Below, piece by piece: positions 37,583-46,184 of a stretch of DNA of 64,000 nucleotides; position 1 is the stretch's first letter, and every line of letters begins with the position of its first letter. Source of the stretch: an uncultured Clostridia bacterium (GTDB lineage Bacteria; Bacillota; Clostridia; TANB77; CAG-508); assembly GCA_934122155.1 (NCBI GenBank), contig CAKOVX010000001.1, positions 109,195 to 173,194 on the forward strand, written 5' to 3'. A program made the translations under genes and the position numbers. Under the pieces are notes generated by a model. It had not been told where the DNA came from, searched no databases, and saw only the letters and a list, made by a program, of their open reading frames with translations.

Positions 37583-37765
37583 ATGGAATCAGGAGCAACT
37601 GCAACAGCAACATCTGTTTTATCAAAAATAGTAACTGGTGATATGTTAGCTGGTGTTTTAACAGAAATTACTAGCTTATTACCAATAGTTATACCTGTAA
37701 TGATAGGCTTTATTGCTATCAGAAAAGGAATTGGCTTCTTATCAAGCATTTTACACTCTGCATAA
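37583..37765 (+). CDS. Major-coat-like protein (60 aa, amphipathic N-terminus, TM, basic C-terminus)
   Basis: MESGATATATSVLSKIVTGDMLAGVLTEITSLLPIVIPVMIGFIAIRKGIGFLSSILHSA; AAAGGAG RBS 9 nt upstream of the ATG at 37583. Confidence 0.5.
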   Translation: MESGATATATSVLSKIVTGDMLAGVLTEITSLLPIVIPVMIGFIAIRKGIGFLSSILHSA

Positions 37766-37849
37766 TGTCCCTATTTTTATTGCAGTTTGTAGAAAAAGGA
37801 ACAGCAATAAAAAAGCTGTTCCTTATTTTTATTTAGAAAGGTTTTACAA

Positions 37850-39154
37850 ATGACAAAAAAATTTATATATATTTTGCTATTTATTTTAGCTTTTATAGTA
37901 ATACTTAGTATTCAAAATAAAGTAGAAGCAGTTTTGTTTACTGACGTTAATGATAATACCTATAATATTGATACTAATGATGATTTTTTTGAAGATTATT
38001 ATATTGTTTATCAATATTATGGGTCTACTGATTTTGTTGCTGTTTTTACTTCTACTTCTGAATTTTACTTAAGAAAAGAGTCAGGTGAGACATACTTTTT
38101 TATTAAAAGTTCTTCTGATTTTAAAGCAAGATATTATTATGCTGATGGAACTAAGGGAGACGTTAAAGATATGGGTAGTGCCTATTCATGTCCGATTTAT
38201 AAAGATTATCAAATAATTTATAACAACCATGATTTAAAACACACTTCTGGTAATATTATTTTTCCAGCTTCAGTCAAAGACCTTAATACATATTTGAATT
38301 TTGAATCTGGTGGCTTGATTTATAGCATATATGGTTTAGGTCTTACAATTCGTGACTATATTGCTGTTTTTAAATCCGATGGTGTTGCAGTTATTTTTAT
38401 GAGTGATGATCACCCAACTTATAGATATGAAAATAATACATATTATTTACATACTACTTCTTCAACGAGTATTGATATTTTTGATTTTAAAACTAATAAA
38501 TTAGTTTATGGAGATTATAGTAAATATTCTACTGGCGGTTTAGATATGGCTTTTAAAAAGGAACAACTTATTTTTTGTAATTTTGTTTTATATGATGAAG
38601 ATGGCTATGTTGTTTTTAATCCTATGGGTACTCGTTTATCAGATAATAAAAAAGGAAGTGACGCTACCGGCAATTTTGTCGAAGGCGGCTCAGTTAATGG
38701 AAATTCTTACTTAGATGATTATATTACTGGTAGTGATTCTGATTATAATGGTTCTGGTAAACATGGTTCTGATACTATATCTGGTGGTTTTAACCGTGTT
38801 TACAATAATTTTGGTTTTACTGAAGATGTTAAAAAGAATGTTAATGGAATGGTAGATGTTATTACTAATACTAAAGAGGTTCCGAAGTTTCAAATTAATG
38901 TTAATTCTAAATATTATAAAGGAACTTTAACTATTGTAGATTTAAGTTGGTATGCCCCATATAAGGATATGGGCGACAATGTTATTTGTATATTTGCTTA
39001 CTTAACATTTTTATGGCGAATATTTATTAAATTGCCTGACATTATTAGAGGTGCTGGAGCTAGTTCTTATGCTTCTAACATGTTAGGAGATATTGAGGCA
39101 TTTAGAAAAACAGGTTTTGGCCGTTCTTCTAGTCCTAGAGATAAAACATTTTAG
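37850..39154 (+). CDS. pIII-like minor coat / adsorption protein (secreted, C-terminal membrane anchor)
   Basis: Signal peptide MTKKFIYILLFILAFIVILSIQNKVEA; Gly/Ser-rich segments; C-terminal TM NVICIFAYLTFLWRIFIKL; 434 aa; no enzymatic motif. Confidence 0.5.
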   Translation: MTKKFIYILLFILAFIVILSIQNKVEAVLFTDVNDNTYNIDTNDDFFEDYYIVYQYYGSTDFVAVFTSTSEFYLRKESGETYFFIKSSSDFKARYYYADGTKGDVKDMGSAYSCPIYKDYQIIYNNHDLKHTSGNIIFPASVKDLNTYLNFESGGLIYSIYGLGLTIRDYIAVFKSDGVAVIFMSDDHPTYRYENNTYYLHTTSSTSIDIFDFKTNKLVYGDYSKYSTGGLDMAFKKEQLIFCNFVLYDEDGYVVFNPMGTRLSDNKKGSDATGNFVEGGSVNGNSYLDDYITGSDSDYNGSGKHGSDTISGGFNRVYNNFGFTEDVKKNVNGMVDVITNTKEVPKFQINVNSKYYKGTLTIVDLSWYAPYKDMGDNVICIFAYLTFLWRIFIKLPDIIRGAGASSYASNMLGDIEAFRKTGFGRSSSPRDKTF

Positions 39155-39171
39155 AAAGGTGTGTGTGTTAA

Positions 39172-39435
39172 ATGGTTGAAACAATTTTTAAAATTGCTGT
39201 TTGGGGTATTATTATAGCTATTGTTATTGGTCTTTTAGGTACTGTTGTTTTTAAATGGTCGCTAGATACTAGCCCATATCTTCAAGGTTTGACTAATTTT
39301 TTACATGTTATTTATTACGTTTTGCCTATTGCAAAACTTAGCCCTATTATTGTTATATTTGTAGGTACTATGGTGTTTAGAATTATTATTAGTATTATTA
39401 GTACTATATGGAATCTTATTCCTATTGGGAAGTAG
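39172..39435 (+). CDS. pVI-like small membrane protein
   Basis: 87 aa, 3 TM helices, immediately after the pIII-like gene. Confidence 0.4.
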   Translation: MVETIFKIAVWGIIIAIVIGLLGTVVFKWSLDTSPYLQGLTNFLHVIYYVLPIAKLSPIIVIFVGTMVFRIIISIISTIWNLIPIGK

Positions 39436-39605
39436 TGGTGTTTATGTTTATTTTATTATTAATATTTTTTATAGTTTTTATAATTAGTTTTGTTTATTTA
39501 TTTTATAAAATAAAAGTTATTGAGGAAGATATTGAGGCATTGTATGACACATATTTTACGTTTGTAGAGAATTCTTTTAGAAAGGATGATAAAGATGTGG
39601 CTTAG
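39408..39605 (+). CDS. Small membrane protein (start probably at the ATG at 39443)
   Basis: Single TM FMFILLLIFFIVFIISFVYLFY followed by an acidic tail; overlaps its neighbours. Confidence 0.35.
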   Translation: MESYSYWEVVVFMFILLLIFFIVFIISFVYLFYKIKVIEEDIEALYDTYFTFVENSFRKDDKDVA

Positions 39606-40470
39606 TTCTTTATTTAGTGTTTTAAAGGCATTTTTGTCTATTTTAAAGATACCTTTTTATATTATTTCAATTATTATTGTTTTATTTACTATTTTATATT
39701 GTATCTGGTTTATTTATTATACTTGTAAAGGTATGAGACTGAAAAAAGGTTCTAGAGTTTTTGTAAAAAAAGATGGGTTTTTTAAAAAATTGTTTTTTAA
39801 ATTACCTCAAAGAATGGTTTTAGATAATTTTGATAGAGACCCCGACTTTTTTAGGTATCAAGGTTTAGTTATTTTTGAAGGTAGACAAGGCTCTGGAAAA
39901 ACTATAAGTATGATAGAGTATGCTAGAACTATGCAGCAAGAGTACCCTAAATCGCTTTGTACTACTAACTTAGCTTATACTGGAGAGAATGAACCCCTTC
40001 TTGATTGGAGAATGTTGTTAAGATATAAAAATGGTATTTATGGTGTAATTGTTTGTATGGACGAGCTTCAGAACTGGTTCAGTTCTAATGATAGTAAGAA
40101 CTTTCCTCCAGAAATGCTCACAATTATTACCCAGAACAGAAAGAATAGACGTATAATTTTAGGTACTTCTCAAAATTTTTATTTACTAGCCAAAGCCATC
40201 AGGTCACAGGCAACCGAAGTACGTCGATGTTCGACGTTCTTCGGTGCCTTGACACTGGTTAGAAAATTTGAGCCTATTCTTGATTCTGAAGGAAATGTTC
40301 AGGAATACAAAAGACGTGGATGGTATTTTTTTGTGCATGATAAAGAATTACGTGAGAGTTATAATACATTTAAAGTAATTGAGCGAGCTACAAAAGTTGG
40401 TTTTCAAGATGTACCAAAGATAGAAGAAAACAATGTTTATAATTTAATTAATGTGAAAGGAAAAAAATAA
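39586..40470 (+). CDS. Zot/pI-like P-loop assembly ATPase
   Basis: N-terminal TM; Walker A FEGRQGSGKT; Walker B VCMDELQNW; length and architecture match the zonula-occludens-toxin N-terminal (pI) domain. Confidence 0.65.
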   Translation: MIKMWLSSLFSVLKAFLSILKIPFYIISIIIVLFTILYCIWFIYYTCKGMRLKKGSRVFVKKDGFFKKLFFKLPQRMVLDNFDRDPDFFRYQGLVIFEGRQGSGKTISMIEYARTMQQEYPKSLCTTNLAYTGENEPLLDWRMLLRYKNGIYGVIVCMDELQNWFSSNDSKNFPPEMLTIITQNRKNRRIILGTSQNFYLLAKAIRSQATEVRRCSTFFGALTLVRKFEPILDSEGNVQEYKRRGWYFFVHDKELRESYNTFKVIERATKVGFQDVPKIEENNVYNLINVKGKK

Positions 40471-40472
40471 TT

Positions 40473-40673
40473 ATGTATGATTTTTTTGATAATTTTTTAG
40501 ATATATGTTTATTTCTTGCTTTATCTGTGGTTTTATTTTCTACTCTTTCTTTTTTTATTGATTTTGATTCTAATAATTTAGAAGAGCGTGTTGAAGTATT
40601 AGAAAAATACCATGAAAATGAGTATAATTGTCTTTATTGTAATAATGTTATTGATAATGTAAAGGAGATTTAG
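40473..40673 (+). CDS. Hypothetical small membrane protein
   Basis: 66 aa, one TM; C-terminus has a CxxC pair (CLYCNNV). Confidence 0.3.
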   Translation: MYDFFDNFLDICLFLALSVVLFSTLSFFIDFDSNNLEERVEVLEKYHENEYNCLYCNNVIDNVKEI

Positions 40674-40677
40674 TTTT

Positions 40678-40887
40678 ATGAAGAATAAAAATTTTTTATA
40701 TATGATTTTATATGGTTTAGGTATTTGTGCTTTAACTGTTGTATTTAATTTAATTTTTAACATGTATCAGGTAACTACATTACATAGAGTTGTTTGTATT
40801 ATAACTATTAGTATTTCGACTGCATTATATATTCCGTTTTACAGATTATTTTTTGCAGAATTGCATAAGCCTAGAAAGGGGATTTAG
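40678..40887 (+). CDS. Hypothetical small membrane protein
   Basis: 69 aa, two TM helices. Confidence 0.3.
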   Translation: MKNKNFLYMILYGLGICALTVVFNLIFNMYQVTTLHRVVCIITISISTALYIPFYRLFFAELHKPRKGI

Positions 40888-40889
40888 AA

Positions 40890-41159
40890 ATGGAAGAAAA
40901 AAATTTAGATTTTAATATTTTTTACTTTCTTCCTCCTTCTATTATGTTTTTTGGTTTAAAAAAGATGAAAGGAATTATTATGGAAAATTGTTGTTTGAAA
41001 GATTTAGATAAAAAAGATGTTTTTGATTATTTGATTTGTAATAGAGTTTTTATTGATAGTTTATCTGATGAAGAAATAAAAAAATATAAAAAATATTTTG
41101 TTGCTATCAACAGATCAAGATTTAAAAAGAAAATTTTTAAATTTTTTAAAATTCTATAA
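40890..41159 (+). CDS. Hypothetical small basic protein
   Basis: 89 aa, Lys-rich C-terminus. Confidence 0.3.
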   Translation: MEEKNLDFNIFYFLPPSIMFFGLKKMKGIIMENCCLKDLDKKDVFDYLICNRVFIDSLSDEEIKKYKKYFVAINRSRFKKKIFKFFKIL

Positions 41160-41197
41160 ATAAAAAGTTGGAGGGTTCTTAGTAACACCCTCCGAGA

Positions 41198-42274
41198 GTG
41201 ACACTAGTGACACTTTTTGATTTTTTAATAGGGGTTTTTGATATGATAGATACAATTAAAATTTATACTATGATAGATAAAAATATTTATAACAAAATAT
41301 ATAATAATTCTATCATTAAATCAAGTTATAATAAAAAGGATGGCGAAATTTATTACGAAATTGTAAATGACAAATTAGAAGGCTCTTATAGTTCTAGTTT
41401 GTCGGTTCGTGTTGGTTCTGGTGCTAAATATAAATTTGTTAATATGTATTATTTAGAGGTTGAAGGTTCTTATCATAAAATTATGAATGGCTTTAATTCT
41501 CATAATGGCTATTATAATTTGCAGAGCATTGTAAAATGGCTGATAGGTGCTGTTGAGAATGTTTATAATATTAAATTACCTACTTTGCGACATTGGTTTT
41601 TACAACGAATCGACATTGCTCTTTGTTTTGATTTAGGTACAAATGAAGAGGTTAGAAGATATATAAATAATTTGTCTCTTTGTTCTTTTCCCAGAAGAAA
41701 CAATATAAAACATTATCAGGATGAAAGTATTTATTGTTCTGGTACCTCTTCTACTTTGAAAATTTATAATAAAATGTTAGAATTTAAAAAACATGATATG
41801 AAAAAAATGTTTAATCTAAATTTTAATATTGATAATTATTTAGATAAAATTAAAGGATTTGTAAGGTTTGAATGTGAAATTAAGAAAAAAAAATTAGAAA
41901 ATATTTATTGTAAGAAATATATTAGAGTTAGAAACGTTAATTATAATGATTTTTATGAAGTTTGGAAGTGTGAATTTATGAAGTTATTAAATATGTTTGA
42001 AAGTGATTTGACTATTGTTAGAAATAAAGAAGATATTAAAAGAAGATTATATACTTGTTATAGTGAAAGAAGAGCTAGTGTTTTGTATGCTTTTTATAGT
42101 TCTATTATCTTAGACGGTATTACAGAAGTAAAAAAAACTGTTCCCAAAAGAACTTATTATAGATATATCAAAGATTTGAAAGCTGTTAATATTGATTTAT
42201 CTCAAAAATATACAGTTTCAGCTGAACGTGATACAGTAGATTTTAACCCATTTGAGTGGAAAGAGGTTGTATAA
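41198..42274 (+). CDS. Rolling-circle replication initiation protein (phage gene II / Rep_trans-like)
   Basis: RIDIALCFD and VRFECEIKKKK motifs and a conserved Tyr region (TLKIYNKM) resemble filamentous-phage/plasmid replication initiation factors. Alternative start MIDTIKIY at 41243. A hairpin plus AGTGACACT direct repeats lie just upstream. Confidence 0.5.
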   Translation: MTLVTLFDFLIGVFDMIDTIKIYTMIDKNIYNKIYNNSIIKSSYNKKDGEIYYEIVNDKLEGSYSSSLSVRVGSGAKYKFVNMYYLEVEGSYHKIMNGFNSHNGYYNLQSIVKWLIGAVENVYNIKLPTLRHWFLQRIDIALCFDLGTNEEVRRYINNLSLCSFPRRNNIKHYQDESIYCSGTSSTLKIYNKMLEFKKHDMKKMFNLNFNIDNYLDKIKGFVRFECEIKKKKLENIYCKKYIRVRNVNYNDFYEVWKCEFMKLLNMFESDLTIVRNKEDIKRRLYTCYSERRASVLYAFYSSIILDGITEVKKTVPKRTYYRYIKDLKAVNIDLSQKYTVSAERDTVDFNPFEWKEVV

Positions 42275-43171
42275 ATGAAATGTTCTGAAGTACTAGATAA
42301 ATTTATTACAAATCAAAAAGTTATTGGAAATACTAAAGAAACAATTGAATATTATAAAAAAAGAATTGGGTATTTTATTGATTTTGTGAATGATAAAGAT
42401 ATTGATAATGTTGTTATAGATGATTATAATTCTTATGCAATTTATTTAATAAATAAGATTACTGATAAAGGTACTAACTTATCAAGTGCAACTATAAAAA
42501 CTACTTTAAATGCTTCGAAAATATTTTTAAAATATGCTTATGATAATAAATATATGATTAGTGATGTTTATAAAAATATAAAGCCATATAAACAAGTTAA
42601 AAAAACTATTGTTGTTTTATCTGCTGAAGACATAAATAAATTGTTATCTTCTCAAAATGAATTTACTATTATTGGTCTAAGAAATTTGTTAGCTATAAGT
42701 TTGATGTTAGACGCTGGTCTTCGTGTTAGCGAAGTAGTGAATTTGAATGTTGATGATGTTAGTAAAGAACTAGGTGTTATTAAAGTTTTTGGAAAAGGTA
42801 AAAAAGAAAGATTAGTTCCATTAACAGATAGTATAATAAAATATTATGATAAGTATGTGTTTTTAGCTTCTTTGTATTCAGGTCCTTTATTTTTAGATAG
42901 TGATACAGGTCTTCGAATGACTTCTTCTGGAATTAGTCAGATACTTCGTAGAATTAAGAAAGAGCAACATTTTATGAAATTACACCCTCATTATTTAAGA
43001 CATACATTTGCAACCTTATTTTTAGTAAATGGTGGTGATCCAGTACATTTACAATTAATTTTAGGACATACTACCTTATATATGACAGAACAATATTTAC
43101 ACTTAGCAAATCAAATGACATTACAGAAGCAAAAAAAATTTAGTCCCCTTACAAATATAAAAAAGCCCTAG
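42275..43171 (+). CDS. Tyrosine recombinase/integrase (XerC/XerD-like, phage integrase family)
   Basis: R...HxxR...Y catalytic residues (LRVSE..., HPHYLRHTFAT, LGHTTLYMTEQY). Ends 17 nt from tRNA-Phe. Confidence 0.8.
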   Translation: MKCSEVLDKFITNQKVIGNTKETIEYYKKRIGYFIDFVNDKDIDNVVIDDYNSYAIYLINKITDKGTNLSSATIKTTLNASKIFLKYAYDNKYMISDVYKNIKPYKQVKKTIVVLSAEDINKLLSSQNEFTIIGLRNLLAISLMLDAGLRVSEVVNLNVDDVSKELGVIKVFGKGKKERLVPLTDSIIKYYDKYVFLASLYSGPLFLDSDTGLRMTSSGISQILRRIKKEQHFMKLHPHYLRHTFATLFLVNGGDPVHLQLILGHTTLYMTEQYLHLANQMTLQKQKKFSPLTNIKKP

Positions 43172-43187
43172 AAATAGGACTTTTTTT

Positions 43188-43263
43188 TGGTGCCTCGAAC
43201 TGGAATCGAACCAGTGACACAGGGATTTTCAGTCCCTTGCTCTACCAACTGAGCTATCGAGGC
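43188..43263 (-). tRNA. tRNA-Phe (GAA)
   Basis: Reverse complement GCCTCGATAGCTCAGTTGGTAGAGCAAGGGACTGAAAATCCCTGTGTCACTGGTTCGATTCCAGTTCGAGGCACCA folds as a cloverleaf with anticodon GAA. The 3' 46 nt is duplicated at 35458. Confidence 0.9.
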
Positions 43264-43277
43264 ATATATAAAAAAAA

Positions 43278-43354
43278 TGGCGACCTGGAACGGGCTCGAA
43301 CCGTCGACCTCTAGCGTGACAGGCTAGCGTTCTAACCAACTGAACTACCAGGCC
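43278..43354 (-). tRNA. tRNA-Asp (GTC)
   Basis: GGCCTGGTAGTTCAGTTGGTTAGAACGCTAGCCTGTCACGCTAGAGGTCGACGGTTCGAGCCCGTTCCAGGTCGCCA. Confidence 0.9.
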
Positions 43355-43401
43355 GTAAATTATTTACAAATTTACTTAATATTAAATTTTAAACAAAAAA
43401 A

Positions 43402-43477
43402 TGGTGGGCGCAATAGGGATCGAACCTATGACCTCCTGCTTGTAAGGCAGATGCTCTCCCAGCTGAGCTATGCGCCC
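43402..43477 (-). tRNA. tRNA-Val (TAC)
   Basis: GGGCGCATAGCTCAGCTGGGAGAGCATCTGCCTTACAAGCAGGAGGTCATAGGTTCGATCCCTATTGCGCCCACCA. Confidence 0.9.
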
Positions 43478-43572
43478 ATTTCCTTTGACTTGTTTAGTAT
43501 ACTAAATTTAATTATAATTGTCAATACATATTTAAAAAAATTTTTATTTTTTTGAATATGTATAACATTCAA

Positions 43573-43612
43573 AAGGTAAAAAGCCTTTAAGTATTATGGC
43601 TTTTTACCTTTT
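43573..43612. terminator. Bidirectional terminator between ctpA and the tRNA cluster
   Basis: AAAGGTAAAAAGCC...GGCTTTTTACCTTT palindrome. Confidence 0.7.
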
Positions 43613-43618
43613 GATATA

Positions 43619-44827
43619 CTATTTCAATATTTCTATTGCTTTTTGAAGTTGAGTGTCATCTTCTTGTTTTAAAGTAATTTGCTTTTTAGCTTTCTCTGAT
43701 AGTTCAACTTCAACATCTGGAGTTATGCCTATTTTATGAATTGAATTATGGTTTGGTGTGTAGTATTCACTCACTGTTATTTTTAGTCCACTTCCATCTG
43801 ATAATTGATGTAACTCTTGGATTATTCCCTTTCCATATGTTTTAGTACCAACTAAAGTAGCTTTTCCGTTATCTTTTAATGCTCCCGCCAAAATTTCTGA
43901 AGCACTGGCTGAATATCCATTCATAATTACAACTGTTGGCATATTTATTATTGGTTGCTCTGTTGCTTTTGTTACTTCTTCTTTATTATTTTTGTCTTTT
44001 GTTATTAATAGTGTAGAATTCTTTTCGACTAACATATCGGCAATTTCAAGTGCCTCATCAACAATTCCTCCACCATTATTTCTAATATCAATTATTAGTT
44101 TTGTTATTCCCTGTTTTTCAAGTTCTTTGTATTTAGTCTTAAATTCATCTGCACAATTTCCTTCAAAGTCTGATATTGCAATATATCCTATGTTTCCTGA
44201 AACTATATTTGCTGTAATATGGCTTACTGTAACTGTTGCTCTAGTAATTTCAAAAGTTTTAGTTTCTCCATCTCTATATATCTCTAATTTTACTTTTGTT
44301 CCTTCTTCTCCTCTTATTTTGTTTGAGGCTTCCTCTAGTTTATCTCCTGTATATTCTACATCATCTACTTTTGTAATAATATCACCTGGTAATATTCCCG
44401 CTTTTTCTGCTGGAGAATTTTCTATTGGTTTAATAACTAAAATTGCATTTTTTTCTAGGTTTTGTGTCATATATATACCAATACCAACAAAATTTCCATT
44501 TGTTTCTTCCATTATTTCTTTCATTTCTTTTTTATTATAGTATGTTGTATATGGATCTCCTAAAGCATTTACATATCCTTTTATTGCGCCTTCTATTAAT
44601 TCTTCATCATTTATTTCTCCAATATACTTTTTCTCTAATTCACTTCTAAATTGAGCTAGAGTATACTCTAGTCCATCTAAAGATGTGGTATTTATTTTTT
44701 TAGAGTATATGCCTTTGTCACTTAAATACTTATATGTTGTAAATGCTGTTACCATAGATGTAATTATTATTACAATTAATACAAGCATAATAATTTTATA
44801 TATTCTTTGCGTGTTTTTATTTTCCAT
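43619..44827 (-). CDS. ctpA: Carboxyl-terminal processing protease (S41 family, PDZ domain)
   Basis: N-terminal TM; PDZ (GDIITKVDD); S41 catalytic region (TASASEILAGALKD...KGIIQ). Confidence 0.85.
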   Translation of the reverse strand: MENKNTQRIYKIIMLVLIVIIITSMVTAFTTYKYLSDKGIYSKKINTTSLDGLEYTLAQFRSELEKKYIGEINDEELIEGAIKGYVNALGDPYTTYYNKKEMKEIMEETNGNFVGIGIYMTQNLEKNAILVIKPIENSPAEKAGILPGDIITKVDDVEYTGDKLEEASNKIRGEEGTKVKLEIYRDGETKTFEITRATVTVSHITANIVSGNIGYIAISDFEGNCADEFKTKYKELEKQGITKLIIDIRNNGGGIVDEALEIADMLVEKNSTLLITKDKNNKEEVTKATEQPIINMPTVVIMNGYSASASEILAGALKDNGKATLVGTKTYGKGIIQELHQLSDGSGLKITVSEYYTPNHNSIHKIGITPDVEVELSEKAKKQITLKQEDDTQLQKAIEILK

Positions 44828-44933
44828 CAGTTTTAATTTCCTCTTTTCTATTTTTATTGCATAATATGCTTTAGCTTAAGTAAAATTTCAGTATTAGTAT
44901 ATTATATTTACCTTTACTTTTAAATATTATTAT

Positions 44934-46148
44934 TTATGGTTCATTAACATATTTTAGTGGGTCAACTGTACTTCCATTAACTCTTACTTCAAAATGCAAA
45001 TGTGGTCCTGTTGAATTTCCTGTTGAGCCGGTTTCCATTATTATATCACCTTGTTTCACACTTGCTCCATGTTCTGTTAATATAGTTTGTCCATGGCCAT
45101 ACAACGTTGATATTCCATTGCCATGATTTATTATAACACAATTTCCATAAGAGCCTAGTTCTCCTGCATACGTAACTACGCCGTCTAATGCAGCAACTGC
45201 TGGTGCTCCAAAACCTGTGTTTCCTATATCTATTCCTAAGTGGAAGTTTGTAATTCCTTGTATTGGGTGTTGCCTTGTACCATAGTCAGATGTTATTTTA
45301 GTTCCCGTTTTAGCAACTGGCCATATCATAAGCCCTCCAGTATATTGAATACTATAATCACCTGTTTCTCCACTAATTTCTCTAATTCTTGTTTCTATTT
45401 GTATTGCCTCTGTTTTATATTTAGTAATTTTATCATTTAATTCTTTCTCACTTTTTGATAACTTTTCTATATATACTTCTTGTAAAGTCTTTGTGTTTTT
45501 ACATATTGTTTCTGACTTTTCTGCTTTTAATTTTAATGTTTTTAACTCTTGTGTCTCTTTTTCTATTTTTTGTTTTGATTTTTCTATTGTATCTTTTTCT
45601 TGTTCTACCGTAGATATTAGTTGATTATCAAACTCCATTATTTCTAGCATTTTGTAATATCTTGATAAAAAGTCGGATAAGGTCTTAGCTGAGAGCAGTA
45701 CATCTAAATATGAAACAGAACCAGCTTCATATAGAGCTACTAGCCTGTTTCTTAGTTGCTTCTCTCTTTTTTCATAATCATTTGTCACTATATTTAACTT
45801 ATCAGTAGTTTCTTGTACCGAAGCTTCTAGCACTTTAAGTCTTTCAGATAGATTTGTGTTTTCCTCTTCATATCCTCTTATTTTATCATCTAATTCTTGA
45901 ATCTTAACTAGTATATCTGACATTTCAGTTTTTACATATTGAAGTTCGAGTGTAGCCGAATTTATTTTATCAGTTATTTCATTTTTTTGATCTGTTAAAT
46001 CTTCTATGCTGTTTGTATTTATATCTACATTTTCTACATTATTATTTTCTATATTAGTAGTTTCATTTGTTGCTAATACACATGATGATAATATGTTTAA
46101 AATAAATATAAAGATAAGGAGAACACTTATAAACTTACTAATTTTCAT
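44934..46148 (-). CDS. M23 family metallopeptidase with N-terminal coiled coil (EnvC-like)
   Basis: Signal peptide, long coiled coil, C-terminal HxGIDI...GSTGNSTGPHLHFEVR LytM/M23 motifs. Confidence 0.8.
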   Translation of the reverse strand: MKISKFISVLLIFIFILNILSSCVLATNETTNIENNNVENVDINTNSIEDLTDQKNEITDKINSATLELQYVKTEMSDILVKIQELDDKIRGYEEENTNLSERLKVLEASVQETTDKLNIVTNDYEKREKQLRNRLVALYEAGSVSYLDVLLSAKTLSDFLSRYYKMLEIMEFDNQLISTVEQEKDTIEKSKQKIEKETQELKTLKLKAEKSETICKNTKTLQEVYIEKLSKSEKELNDKITKYKTEAIQIETRIREISGETGDYSIQYTGGLMIWPVAKTGTKITSDYGTRQHPIQGITNFHLGIDIGNTGFGAPAVAALDGVVTYAGELGSYGNCVIINHGNGISTLYGHGQTILTEHGASVKQGDIIMETGSTGNSTGPHLHFEVRVNGSTVDPLKYVNEP

Positions 46149-46184
46149 ATATGCATTCTCCTTTCTCTAATTATTTATTAAATT

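Larger units (their letters stand above)
35458..43233. mobile_element. Integrated inovirus-like (filamentous phage) element, ~7.7 kb, in the 3' end of tRNA-Phe
   Basis: A 46-bp perfect direct repeat occurs at 35458-35503 and at 43188-43233 (the 3' half of tRNA-Phe). The interval contains a tyrosine integrase next to the tRNA, a rolling-circle Rep, a Zot/pI-like ATPase, a large secreted pIII-like protein, small coat-like TM proteins, an XRE repressor and a divergent promoter. Confidence 0.75.
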
